Shown here: positions 1 to 8,921 of the stretch, one piece after another
Numbering within the stretch: position 1 is the first letter of the stretch
How the letters are laid out: every line of letters starts with the position of its first letter
Source of the DNA: Fibrobacter succinogenes subsp. succinogenes S85
Lineage (GTDB): Bacteria; Fibrobacterota; Fibrobacteria; Fibrobacterales; Fibrobacteraceae
Reading direction: 5' to 3'
Assembly: GCF_000146505.1 (NCBI RefSeq)
Contig: NC_017448.1
Span: 660,001-692,000 of the forward strand
DNA: 32,000 nucleotides
Position numbers and translations under genes: made by a program
Notes under the pieces: model-generated
What the model was told of the DNA's origin: nothing
Databases searched by the model: none
What the model saw: the letters and a program-made list of their open reading frames with translations, nothing else

Positions 1-647
1 CGAGCGCCATTTCCATCATCCAGCCGCTCATCAGCTTCTGCGAAGACGACCTCAAGTTTACGCGTAAAAAATCCGTCACGACGGTCAGCACGATTACCTT
101 TATCGGTAGCCTCGCCGCAGGCACTGTCGATGAACTCGACTTCTGGGGCGGTACGTACCTCATCGTGTTCGTGGGCATGATCCAGGCGGTTCTCTTTAGC
201 CTCGTGCTCGGACGCCGCAATGCCAAGAAAGCCCAGGAAAATGGCGACCTCCCAGCCGAAGTGGTTGTGGAACCGGGCGAAAATGAAGCTTTTGCCACCA
301 TGAACGATGGCTCGCTTCTCAAGCTCCCGCGTTTCCTCCGCCCGATTATCCTTTACGTCTGCCCGATTTACCTGATTGTGCTTTTGGTTTCGTTCACGGC
401 AACGGACGGCCTCCCATTCATTACGCTTAGCAATGTGGACCCGAGCGCAACAGTCGATTTCCTCGGACACACGTTCCCGAAAATCGGATTCACGTGGGCA
501 TTCCGCGGATTCTTGCTCGTGCTGTTCTTGCTTTTGAACCTCGCCATCGCCTATGCCTGGCGCAAAGGAGGCCCCGCAGAAAAGGGCCGCAGCAAGAGCA
601 TCAAGAAGATGGAAATCGGTAACTCTGACGAAAACATGGAGGGCTAA
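1..647 (+). CDS. Sodium-dependent NSS/SNF-family (LeuT-like) transporter, C-terminal part; the 5' end lies outside the window
   Basis: Frame 3 is open from the window edge (SAISIIQPLISFCEDDLKF...VDELDFWGGTYLIVFVGMIQAVLFS...LKLPRFLRPIILYVCPIYLIVLLV...) and stops at TAA 645-647. The D-E-x-DFW-x-GT segment followed by hydrophobic helices resembles the last TMs of LeuT as I remember it (LDEMDFWAGTIGVVFFGL...[24 protein letters not shown]). The ATG at 165 in the ORF track is therefore internal. Confidence 0.8.
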   Translation, partial: SAISIIQPLISFCEDDLKFTRKKSVTTVSTITFIGSLAAGTVDELDFWGGTYLIVFVGMIQAVLFSLVLGRRNAKKAQENGDLPAEVVVEPGENEAFATMNDGSLLKLPRFLRPIILYVCPIYLIVLLVSFTATDGLPFITLSNVDPSATVDFLGHTFPKIGFTWAFRGFLLVLFLLLNLAIAYAWRKGGPAEKGRSKSIKKMEIGNSDENMEG

Positions 648-650
648 AAA

Positions 651-755
651 ATGGACGCTGAATTCACTACAGGCGGACTCGTTTTCATGATTTGCGCTTG
701 GGGCGCCATCATCGGGCTCTGCGCATTCTGCTTCTATAAAGTATTCAAGAAGTAA
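651..755 (+). CDS. 34-aa single-TM micro-protein, candidate MetS-like small subunit of the upstream NSS transporter
   Basis: It is not in the ORF track because it is too short. ATG 651 lies 3 nt after the transporter stop. Translation is MDAEFTTGGLVFMICAWGAIIGLCAFCFYKVFKK, with TAA at 753-755: one hydrophobic helix plus a basic tail. A terminator follows at 784-816. Position and shape match the small subunits described for MetP/MetS-type NSS importers. Confidence 0.5.
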   Translation: MDAEFTTGGLVFMICAWGAIIGLCAFCFYKVFKK

Positions 756-783
756 CGAGACGCCCCCCGCTCCCTACAATGTC

Positions 784-816
784 ATGCCCGCCACCGTGCG
801 GGCATTTCCTTTTTTA
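784..816 (+). terminator. Rho-independent terminator after the transporter/micro-ORF unit
   Basis: Stem atgcccgc (784-791) pairs with gcgggcat (798-805) around loop caccgt. It is followed by ttcctttttt. Confidence 0.7.
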
Positions 817-880
817 CCCCCACCAATCATTACTATATTTACCTCGCAATTTTGAACAATTTTTATACAAAACAACCTAT

Positions 881-3800
881 ATGAAACGTACTACCTGCCC
901 TGGCGAAGTTCCCTATTACATATCTGTATTTTTAACATCTTTTATGCAACTGGGTTTATTCATCCACTTCCAAAGATGGATAACCTTCAACTCCGAAGGC
1001 GCTAGGTTTTTCTGGCTGAGCCTACTACTCCAGTTCGCCATGTTCTCGCCGAGCATCATCATGATGCATGTGGCAAGTTACTTCGCCGGCCGTTTCCCCA
1101 AGAGCAAAGTCATGGGCTGGACCTCCATCGGCATGGCTATCTCCGTTTTGCTCATCGCATTCTTCTTTGGCGATAGACTCGACTTTGGCGCATTTGCATT
1201 CCTGTTCCTGTACGGCATTTTCCTCTCGATTTTCAATCCGGCCAAAATCGGCCTCATGAAAGAAATCACCGACGGGAACGACCTCGTGAAGATCAACGCC
1301 AAGCACTTGATTTTCATGGCGCTCGGCATCACGATTATATCCTTCCTCACATTTGACTACAGCCCGAACGACAGCTCGACCATTAGCTACTCGCTCCTCC
1401 CGTTCATCCTCTCGGCTGTTGGACTTTTCGCTGCGATTTCGTCGTTCTGCATCCGCATCTGCAAGCAGAACAAGTTCGTGAAGCTCCGCTCGCCCAGACG
1501 TAATTTTGCATCGACCTGGTCGAACCCGATGCTCAAGCTCTCGATGCTCGGCATTGCAGCCTTCTGGAGCGTAACGCAGTTCCTCATCATGATTTCGCAG
1601 AACATGACGGGTACGCAAAGCACGACACTTTTCCAGTGGACGTTCATCTTCACCGGAATCGGTTACGTCATTGGCGCTATCAGTGCCGCAAAGTCTTCCA
1701 AGAACTTCGTGGAAACAGGCCTTATCCCGCTTGCCGCCATTGCGTCTTCCATCACGATGATTATAACGCCATTCATCAATAACCAGTACGTCCTTGCGTT
1801 CCTCTACGCATTCATCGCCTTCTGGGCAGGCTCCGCATTCGTCATCCTCCGCACGGTCATCCAAAACGTCACACGCCCCGACACCTCGGGTCGTATCCAC
1901 GCGGTCTCGTTCATGATTCAGATGAGCTTCCTGTTCATCTTACTTGGCTTCCAGGTCATCCTCTTCCTCATGACCGAACTCAGCCTCCACAAACAGCTAT
2001 TCTTCCTCGCTGTGATCCTCGCCCTCACGTTCGTGTTCACGCTCAAGCGCACCCCGATGACGCTCCTCCGCGCTGGGCTCCGCTTTGCATTCTCATACGT
2101 ATTCCGCTATAAGGTCAAGGTCCACGGCATCCAGAATATGCCCGAATCTGGTCCGCTCCTTTTGGTCGGTCCGCACTACAGCTTTATTGACTGGGCAGTG
2201 CTCCAGATGGCAAGCCCGCGCCCGCTTCTCATCGCAAGCAACCGCAACACCTTTGCCGACTGGTATTTGCGCTGGTTCGCACACGGCAAGTCCGTCATCG
2301 ACATCAACCGCCGCGACCCAAGTGAAGCGATGGAAAAAATCCACGAAGCGCTCCTCAAGGGCGAGGCAGTCGTGATTTTCCCCGAAGGCGAAGTATCAAA
2401 GACTCCATTTGTATCCAAGTTCTCGCTTGATTACACAAAGGCTATTGAAGGCACCGAAGCCCAAATCGTCCCGTTCTACATACAAGGTCTTTGGGGCAGC
2501 CGCTACAGCCACGCCTCCGAATGTGTGAACCGCCCGCAGTATTTCAACCGAGTCATCAGCGTAGGTTTCGGCAAGGCTCTCCCCGCCACCACGCCCGAAA
2601 ACGTGATCCGCAAGGACTTGCAGAACCTGGGAACCGACATCTGGAACATGGCGATGGACCATTCCGCAAGTATCATCCCGCTCTGGTACCGCGCGATGCG
2701 CAAGCGCCGTTCCCGCCCAATATTGATTGATCCGGCCGGCCGCCACGTGAATGGTTACGAGATGATCCGCCTCTGCCACCACTTCAGCAAGAAAATCAAA
2801 TCGCTCACCAAGAATGACCAGAATGTAGGCTTCATGCTCCCCACAAGCCGCGACGCAGCCCTCGGCATTATGTCCATCCTCGGTTGCGGAAAGACGACGG
2901 TCAACTTGAACTACACCTCGCCCGTCGACACGCTTATCGGCTGCATCGACAAGGCTGAACTTTCGACAATTGTCACGTCCCGAGCCTTCTTTGACAAGCT
3001 CTGCGGCAAGAACGCCGACTTCAAGCAGCTTGCCGAAAAATGCCAGATGTTCTACATCGACGAAGAAGAACAGAAAATCAGCACATTCTGCCGTCTGCTC
3101 GAATCGTTCATCGTCTTAACGTTCCCCAAGAAACTTTTGAGAGACCTCTGGTTCACGACCGCAAAGCTGAGCGACGATGCTGTTATCTTGTTCAGCTCCG
3201 GTTCAGAAGGCACGCCGAAGGGTGTGGAACTTACGCACAAAAACGTCATTTCGAATGCTCAGCAAGGAGACCACGTCATCAGGCTTTGCCGCACCGACGT
3301 GATGACATCGCTCCTCCCGCTGTTCCATTCGTTTGGCTTTACGATGACATTCATGATGCCGCTTTTGGACGGTGTACCGATGGTGCTCTGCCCCGACCCG
3401 ACAGACATCAAGACGCTTGCTCGCGTGTGCGCCGAATACAAGGCAACCATCCTCATGGGCACCCCGACGTTCCTCCGCGCCATCGCCATCAACCGCTGGG
3501 TACACCCGATGTGCCTCGACTCTTTGCGCTACGTGATTGCCGGTGCAGAAAAGCTCCGCCCCGAAATGCGCGAGACCTTCAAGCTCAAGTTCGGCAAGGA
3601 CATTTACGAAGGTTACGGTTGCACGGAACTCACGCCGCTTGCCACGCTCAACGCCCCGAACGTATTGCTCGACGACTTCTTGACGATGGAAAAGTGCTGC
3701 GACCACTCGAGCATCGGCATGGTTGTCCCAGGTTCAACAGGCGCCATCATCGATCCGGAAACGAACCAGTTCCTCGCACCGGGCGAAGAAGGCATGCTCG

Positions 3801-4279
3801 TCATCACAGGCCCGCAAGTGATGAAGGGGTACCTCCGCGATGAAGCTAAAACTGATGCCGTCATTTTTGAAGTCGATGGGCGTCGCTGGTACAAGACCGG
3901 AGACAAGTGTACCATCACCGAAGACGGCTTCGTCAAGATTCTCGGCCGCTACAGCCGCTTTGCAAAGCTCGGCGGCGAAATGATTTCGCTTACCGCTGTG
4001 GAACTCCGCATTGCAGAAACGGGCATCATGGGCGAACACGAATTTGCGATTACCGCCGTTCCGGATTCTGTGAAGGGCGAACGCATTGTGCTCCTCGTCA
4101 AGGGCGATGCAACGCTCGACACCGAAGAAATCTCGAGAAGCCTCCGCAAGTCGGGCATTCCGCCACTCATGCAGCCGGGTTCCGTGTTCTGCGTCGAAGC
4201 CATTCCGAAGCTCGGCAGTGGCAAGTGGGACTTCAACGGAATGAAGAAACTCGCCACGGAATTAGTCGAAAAGAAGTAA
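881..4279 (+). CDS. aas: Tri-domain fusion: MFS lysophospholipid-transporter-like (LplT-like) membrane domain + PlsC-type acyltransferase + AMP-dependent acyl-ACP synthetase/ligase (Aas-like)
   Basis: The ORF track gives 779..4279. I place the start at ATG 881 (MKRTTCPGEV...) because 784-816 is a terminator. The first ~400 aa are polytopic and hydrophobic (MFS-like). Acyltransferase motifs are HX4D (HYSFID, 2174-2191) and FPEGE. Adenylate-forming motifs are LFSSGSEGTPKG (3188-3223), YGCTE and WYKTGD. No stop or frameshift lies between the three parts. Confidence 0.85.
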   Translation: MKRTTCPGEVPYYISVFLTSFMQLGLFIHFQRWITFNSEGARFFWLSLLLQFAMFSPSIIMMHVASYFAGRFPKSKVMGWTSIGMAISVLLIAFFFGDRLDFGAFAFLFLYGIFLSIFNPAKIGLMKEITDGNDLVKINAKHLIFMALGITIISFLTFDYSPNDSSTISYSLLPFILSAVGLFAAISSFCIRICKQNKFVKLRSPRRNFASTWSNPMLKLSMLGIAAFWSVTQFLIMISQNMTGTQSTTLFQWTFIFTGIGYVIGAISAAKSSKNFVETGLIPLAAIASSITMIITPFINNQYVLAFLYAFIAFWAGSAFVILRTVIQNVTRPDTSGRIHAVSFMIQMSFLFILLGFQVILFLMTELSLHKQLFFLAVILALTFVFTLKRTPMTLLRAGLRFAFSYVFRYKVKVHGIQNMPESGPLLLVGPHYSFIDWAVLQMASPRPLLIASNRNTFADWYLRWFAHGKSVIDINRRDPSEAMEKIHEALLKGEAVVIFPEGEVSKTPFVSKFSLDYTKAIEGTEAQIVPFYIQGLWGSRYSHASECVNRPQYFNRVISVGFGKALPATTPENVIRKDLQNLGTDIWNMAMDHSASIIPLWYRAMRKRRSRPILIDPAGRHVNGYEMIRLCHHFSKKIKSLTKNDQNVGFMLPTSRDAALGIMSILGCGKTTVNLNYTSPVDTLIGCIDKAELSTIVTSRAFFDKLCGKNADFKQLAEKCQMFYIDEEEQKISTFCRLLESFIVLTFPKKLLRDLWFTTAKLSDDAVILFSSGSEGTPKGVELTHKNVISNAQQGDHVIRLCRTDVMTSLLPLFHSFGFTMTFMMPLLDGVPMVLCPDPTDIKTLARVCAEYKATILMGTPTFLRAIAINRWVHPMCLDSLRYVIAGAEKLRPEMRETFKLKFGKDIYEGYGCTELTPLATLNAPNVLLDDFLTMEKCCDHSSIGMVVPGSTGAIIDPETNQFLAPGEEGMLVITGPQVMKGYLRDEAKTDAVIFEVDGRRWYKTGDKCTITEDGFVKILGRYSRFAKLGGEMISLTAVELRIAETGIMGEHEFAITAVPDSVKGERIVLLVKGDATLDTEEISRSLRKSGIPPLMQPGSVFCVEAIPKLGSGKWDFNGMKKLATELVEKK

Positions 4280-4305
4280 TCGCCAACAATAGCCTTAAAA
4301 TATAT

Positions 4306-4332
4306 CCGCACGCAAAAACGTGCGGGCTTTTT
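4306..4332 (+). terminator. Rho-independent terminator
   Basis: Stem ccgcacg (4306-4312) pairs with cgtgcgg (4319-4325) around loop caaaaa, followed by gcttttt. Confidence 0.7.
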
Positions 4333-4405
4333 AATTAGCGGGGCATAAACGTCCCAAACGCGCTTCAATTATTGTATATTAAAGGCGCAAAAACAAGGAG
4401 ATTAC

Positions 4406-4873
4406 ATGAGTCAAATTGTCTCTAAATTCCAAGAATTGGGGCTGACGCTCCCCGCCTGCCCCGCACCGGTTGCCGCTTATGTTCCGGCAACGCGCTTTGG
4501 CGATACAATTATTGTTTCTGGGCAGTTGCCGTCTGTGAAGGGAGATTTTTCTGCTTTTACCGGCATTGTTCCGAACCAGATTTCTGTGGAAAAGGCAAAG
4601 GAAGCCGCGCAGATTTGCTTCTTGAACAACATTGCCGCCGCTCTCACGCAGTTGAAAGCCGGCGAAACACTCCGCCTCGTTCAGATCCAGGGTTTTGTGC
4701 AGTCCGCAAACGATTTCCACGACCAGCCGATTGTACTGAATGGCGCTAGCGAACTTGCCGTACAGATTCTCGGTGAAAATGGAAAGCACGCCCGTACGGC
4801 AGTCGGCGTTTCGACACTCCCGAAGAACGTCGCTGTCGAAATCAGCTGCACGTTCCAAGCGATTAAGGAATAA
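4406..4873 (+). CDS. RidA/YjgF/UK114-family protein (endoribonuclease L-PSP fold)
   Basis: 155 aa. AAGGAG at 4395-4400 lies 5 nt before the ATG. Family-like features are ...GDTIIVSGQLP... and the C-terminal ...ARTAVGVSTLPKNVAVEISCTF.... Confidence 0.8.
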   Translation: MSQIVSKFQELGLTLPACPAPVAAYVPATRFGDTIIVSGQLPSVKGDFSAFTGIVPNQISVEKAKEAAQICFLNNIAAALTQLKAGETLRLVQIQGFVQSANDFHDQPIVLNGASELAVQILGENGKHARTAVGVSTLPKNVAVEISCTFQAIKE

Positions 4874-5377
4874 TTAAAGCACCAATTTGCGGATCCACTC
4901 GCGCATGTGGAATACGGAACAGCCCGAAGTCAGCGACTTCTGGGCTATTTTTGCACCCCATTCCGTCGCCATTTTCTTGGGATCCAGCGGAAACCCGACA
5001 CGGCCCAAATCCAAGCGGTCTGCATCAAAGCAAGTGTCTATCGTAACAATTCCCGTACGCGGCTGAATCGTGTGGAGGCGGCACGCATCATAGAGCCAGC
5101 CAAAGCGTTCATCGTCCAGCTCAAAACGTTTTTCTTCGCGGCAACGCTTTGCAAATTCTGCGCCACGTGCGCCATGTTCACGGTCGTATGCATCATCCAA
5201 ACGCTGCGAGTCGTGGAAAATCGCAAACAAGCGCACTACGTCAATGTCGGCGCCAGTCTTTTTCGCCAGGAGGAGCCCATTGTACTCCACCTGATGCCAA
5301 TGCTCAATGCCATGAACCTCGGACTCGTAGAGCCGATTCTCAAAAGCAAAGTTCATTAAAGCCGCGAAATCGATCAT
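4874..5377 (-). CDS. HD-superfamily-like hypothetical protein
   Basis: 167 aa with an H...HD metal-ligand pattern (HWHQV...LFAIFHDSQR) and a conserved-looking TCFDADRLDLGRVG segment. Its stop abuts the RidA stop (TAA|TTA at 4871-4876). Confidence 0.6.
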   Translation of the reverse strand: MIDFAALMNFAFENRLYESEVHGIEHWHQVEYNGLLLAKKTGADIDVVRLFAIFHDSQRLDDAYDREHGARGAEFAKRCREEKRFELDDERFGWLYDACRLHTIQPRTGIVTIDTCFDADRLDLGRVGFPLDPKKMATEWGAKIAQKSLTSGCSVFHMREWIRKLVL

Positions 5378-5378
5378 A

Positions 5379-5535
5379 GGGGTATGGGGTTGTGGGCTAT
5401 GGGCACGGTAGCCTATGGCTACCTTTGAGGTTTATCTTAAGGTCAAAATAAAAATACATTTTATTTTAAAAGCCTCATAGCTCAAAGCGACCTTTGGTCG
5501 CGACCTCATACCTCAAAGGTGCGTAGCACCGCGCT
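5379..5535. repeat. Composite intergenic repeat: inverted set of C(C/T)CATAnC(C/T)C-AAAG-mini-hairpin units around an A/T palindrome
   Basis: Forward units: cctcatagctcaaag + gcgacc-ttt-ggtcgc (5473-5501) and cctcatacctcaaag + ggtgc-gta-gcacc (5504-5530). Inverted unit: ggtagcc-tat-ggctacc + tttgagg (5407-5430). Inverted half-motifs: ggggtatgggg (5379-5389) and gggctatggg (5394-5403). Central palindrome: aaaataaaa-ataca-ttttatttt (5445-5467). Related copies occur at 23961-24113. Confidence 0.7.
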
Positions 5536-5536
5536 A

Positions 5537-8176
5537 TTACTTCCCGTAATTTTCCTTCAGGTCCATGAGGCGTTGCAGCGCTTGCATCGGAGTCATTTCC
5601 TCGGGCTTGAGCCTGCGAATTTCATCCTTGAGCAAGAGCGTATTTTCGTCTGGCGGTGCAAACAAGTCCATCTGCGGCTGCGCCTTGATTTTCTTGTTTT
5701 GCGCCTCGTCGCTCGGGTCAATCTTCTGCTTTTCCAAACGGAGCAAAATCTTGCGAGCTCGGCGCACCACGTTAGGTGGGAGCCCCGCCATCTCGGCCAC
5801 GTGAATGCCATAGCTCGAATCGCAAGCGCCTTCAAGAATCTTGTGCAAGAACGTAAGCTTATCGCCCTTTTCCTGCACGGCGACCTGGAAATTGCCAGCG
5901 TGTTCCAGCGATTCCACAAGCCCCGTCAATTCGTGATAGTGCGTTGCAAACAGCGTAAGCGCCATGCGGGCAGGCTCGCTGTGAAGCGTTTCGACAATCG
6001 CCCACGCAATCGAGAGCCCGTCAAACGTACTCGTACCGCGACCGATTTCATCAAGCAGCACAAGGCTATGCGGCGTCGCATTGCGGAGGATATTCGCCGT
6101 TTCAATCATCTCGACCATGAACGTACTGAGGCCACGGCTCAAGCGGTCGCTCGCGCCCACACGCGTAAAGATGCGGTCCACTACGCCAATGCGAGCACTT
6201 TCGGCAGGCACAAAGCAGCCAATCTGCGCCATGAGCACAATAAGCCCCGTCTGGCGCAAGTACGTCGATTTACCGGCCATGTTCGGGCCTGTAATAAGCA
6301 TCAGTCGCGTTCCGTCCGGCGAAAGCGTCACGTCGTTCGGGACAAAGTTCAAATCGGGGTTCACCGCAACAATCACCGGATGGAAGCCGCCGCGAATTTC
6401 AATACCCGTCCCTTCAAAAACTTCCGGGCAAACGTAATTGTACTTGCGGGCCGCGCGGGCAAAGCTGTACAAGCTATCGACTCGGGCAATCGCATCGGCA
6501 ATGCCCTGGAGCTCGGCGCGCCAGCTGTTCACGCGTTCGCGAAGCTCGCAGAAAATCTTGTATTCCAACGCATGGATATTGACTTCGGCATTGCTGATGA
6601 CGGATTCGCATTCCTTCATCTCAGGCGTGATATAGCGTTCGCCATTCACCGTCGTCTGCTTGCGGATATACTCATCCGGAATCGGCTGCGTGGCCTTTGC
6701 CATCTGCGCCTTCGTGATTTCGATGTAATAACCGAACACGCGGTTGTAACCGACTTTGAGAGACGGTATTCCAAGACGTTCGCGTTCACGGCCTTCCAAG
6801 GAAGCAATCCATTCACGGCGTTCCTTGATGTCCTCGTTCATTGCATCAAGTTCTGCACTTGCACCCGGGCGGATCATTCCACCTTCGCGCACCGTCATCG
6901 GCAAGTCATCATTGAAGTACTTGAGCAAGTCTTCGCCACGGCCCTTTGCCGCATTTAGCGTTTCGCGCAGCCCTTCAAAAAGCGGCGCATGCAAGCCTTC
7001 CAAAACGTCAGCGACCTTTGATGCCTGCGAAAGAGAACGTCCCATTCCCGCGAGGTCACGCGCGTTTGCACGACCGCTACCGACGCGGCCCATCAAGCGC
7101 TCCATATCGAGAATCGACGTGAGCGATTCCTTGAGTTCGTCAAGCGCCACAGGATTCTGGACAAGCTCGCCCACCGCTTCTTCGCGTTCGCGGATGCGGT
7201 CCACAGCAATCAACGGATGGCTCACCCAGTCCTTGAGCGTACGCCCCCCCATAGCCGTCACCGTAAAGTCGAGCACCGAGCAAAGTGTGCTGGAATAATC
7301 GTCCGCATTCAACGGACGCACCAGTTCCAAGTTGCGCAGCGTGCTCGGGTCGAGCGTCATGTAATCGTCCAGATTCAAAATCTCAAGCGTCGTAAAGTGC
7401 GACAATTCGGACTTTTTCTGGTTAATCAAATACTGGAGCAAGGCGCCCGTCACGGACGTTTCAAAAACACGACCATCCAAGCCAAGGCCATCAAGCGCTT
7501 CAACCTTGAAGTGCGTAAACAGCACATCCTTTGCTTAGTCTTCTGCAAACAAAATCGCAGGGAGTTCAGTGACCAAGACGTTTTCCGCCTTGATCAAGTC
7601 CATAATCGCAGATGGAATCGTCGTCCCTTCGGGAATCACAATTTCCTTGGGCATGCGGCGGCTAAACTCGCATTCGAAAGCCTGCACACTGCTACGGCAC
7701 GTGGCCAAGTAGCCCGTCGTCACATCGGCAATCGCAAATGCAGCCACATCCCCGTTTCCGCCCTTACCATCATCACTTGTCGCAGGCACATAAGCGCAAA
7801 GGTAATTCGCCTCTTTCGCATTGAGGTTTTCTTCGTTCATCGCCGTGCCGGCGCTGATGATTTCAACAATGTCGCGCTTGACAATGCCCTTCGCAAGTTT
7901 CGGGTCTTCGACCTGTTCGCAAATGGCGATGCGGTAGCCGGCGGCCACCATCTTTGGCACATAGCGTTCGGCAGCGTGGTGCGGGAACCCGCACAAAGGC
8001 GTTGCACCGGAGGCGCCGTTATTGCGGCTCGTGAGCGTTAAACCTAAAATTTTCGAGGCGATTACAGCGTCATCTTCAAAAAGTTCAAAGAAGTCGCCCA
8101 TGCGGAAAAACAAAATGCAGCCAGGATTTTCTTTCTTGATTTCGTAATATTGCTGCATCAACGGAGTAACGGCCAT
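5537..8176 (-). pseudogene. mutS: DNA mismatch repair protein MutS, interrupted by one in-frame TAA (7535-7537); fragments are 7535..8176 (213 aa) and 5537..7525 (662 aa)
   Basis: The N-terminal fragment has the mismatch-binding domain (MQQYYEIKKENPGCILFFRMGDFFELFEDDA). The C-terminal fragment has the MutS ATPase motifs GPNMAGKSTYLRQ, STFMVEM and DEIGRGTSTFDG. Both are in the same frame and read ...AILFAED-TAA-AKD-GTG(V)-LFTHFKVEALDGLG.... Confidence 0.85.
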
Positions 8177-8880
8177 TAAGCATCTCCCATAGACAATTCA
8201 ATCTGGTCAGTCGATTCTTCGAGCGGAGTCGGTTCTTCCGGAGCGTTATCAGGCTTGGAGTACTGCGGCACCAAAGCGCCCGCTTCCAAAAGTTCACTGA
8301 ATTCGCGCAAACGCGGCAAGTCTTCAGGAATGCGATTGATACCAAAGTATTTCAAAAATTCCTGCGTCGTGACGTAAGTATAAGGGTTACCAACAGTTTC
8401 GGCTCTTGCACCCAAAGTAATAAAGCCTTTGTCAAGCAAGTTACGGATCGGACCATCCGCAGACGAAACGCCACGAACCTGTTCAATCGCAGCCTTCGTA
8501 ATCGGCTGCTGGTAAGCAATCACGGCAAGCGTTTCAAGAGCCGCCTGCGAAAGGCGTCTTGCATTTGCTTCCGGGAAGAGCTTGCGCACCCACGGATAAT
8601 ACTTTGCACGTGTTCTAAAGCGGTAACCGCCCGCCTGTTCCACAATTTCAAACGGAGACTGAATCTTGTTCAAAGAATCGTTCGCGGTAATGAGCGCATC
8701 TGCCACAGAACGAGCGTCCAAAAAGTCACCGAGAATTTCGCGAAGCTTCTTGAGCGTCACAACATCCGGGGATGCAAAGACGAGCGCCTGTATAATACGA
8801 GCCAGGTCTTCCCTACTTTCAACTTTCGGGAGTTCCGCCGATTCTTCGGCCAGTTCTTCGACATTCTGATCTTCAGCCAT
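8176..8880 (-). CDS. scpB: Segregation and condensation protein B
   Basis: 234 aa. The tandem winged-helix pattern is typical of ScpB (LARIIQALVFASPDVVTLKKL...LSQAALETLAVIAYQQPITKAAIEQVRGV). Its TAA overlaps the mutS ATG (TAATG, 8174-8178). Confidence 0.85.
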   Translation of the reverse strand: MAEDQNVEELAEESAELPKVESREDLARIIQALVFASPDVVTLKKLREILGDFLDARSVADALITANDSLNKIQSPFEIVEQAGGYRFRTRAKYYPWVRKLFPEANARRLSQAALETLAVIAYQQPITKAAIEQVRGVSSADGPIRNLLDKGFITLGARAETVGNPYTYVTTQEFLKYFGINRIPEDLPRLREFSELLEAGALVPQYSKPDNAPEEPTPLEESTDQIELSMGDA

Positions 8881-8921
8881 ACGTTTGATCCTTTTGTCTA
8901 AAGCGGTCTAAAGTCACCTAG

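Noticed and set aside
779-880. An N-terminal extension of the big fusion ORF (MSCPPPCGHFLFYPH...).
   Set aside because: The extension is encoded by the terminator hairpin and T-run at 784-816. ATG 881 gives a sensible N-terminus.
4868-4879. Back-to-back stop codons of convergent genes (TAA|TTA palindrome) with no spacer or terminator.
   Set aside because: This is a real but trivial arrangement. No structure or additional signal is visible.
5519-6958. Very long ORFs antisense to real genes: 5519..6958(+), 10130..11896(+), 13909..15105(-), 24173..24994(-), 24843..25628(-), 1025..1900(-), 19808..20611(+), 7217..8041(+).
   Set aside because: Each lies entirely opposite a gene with strong family motifs (mutS, rapA, murA, endA, rpsD, aas, tolA). 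Their translations are Arg/His/Ala-rich low-complexity sequences with no recognisable motifs. These are typical shadow ORFs of codon-biased coding DNA.
8896-8913. A direct repeat, GTCTAAAG-cg-GTCTAAAG (10-bp phasing), in the proB-scpB spacer.
   Set aside because: It is only 8 nt in two copies, which is compatible with chance. Nothing else supports it as an operator.
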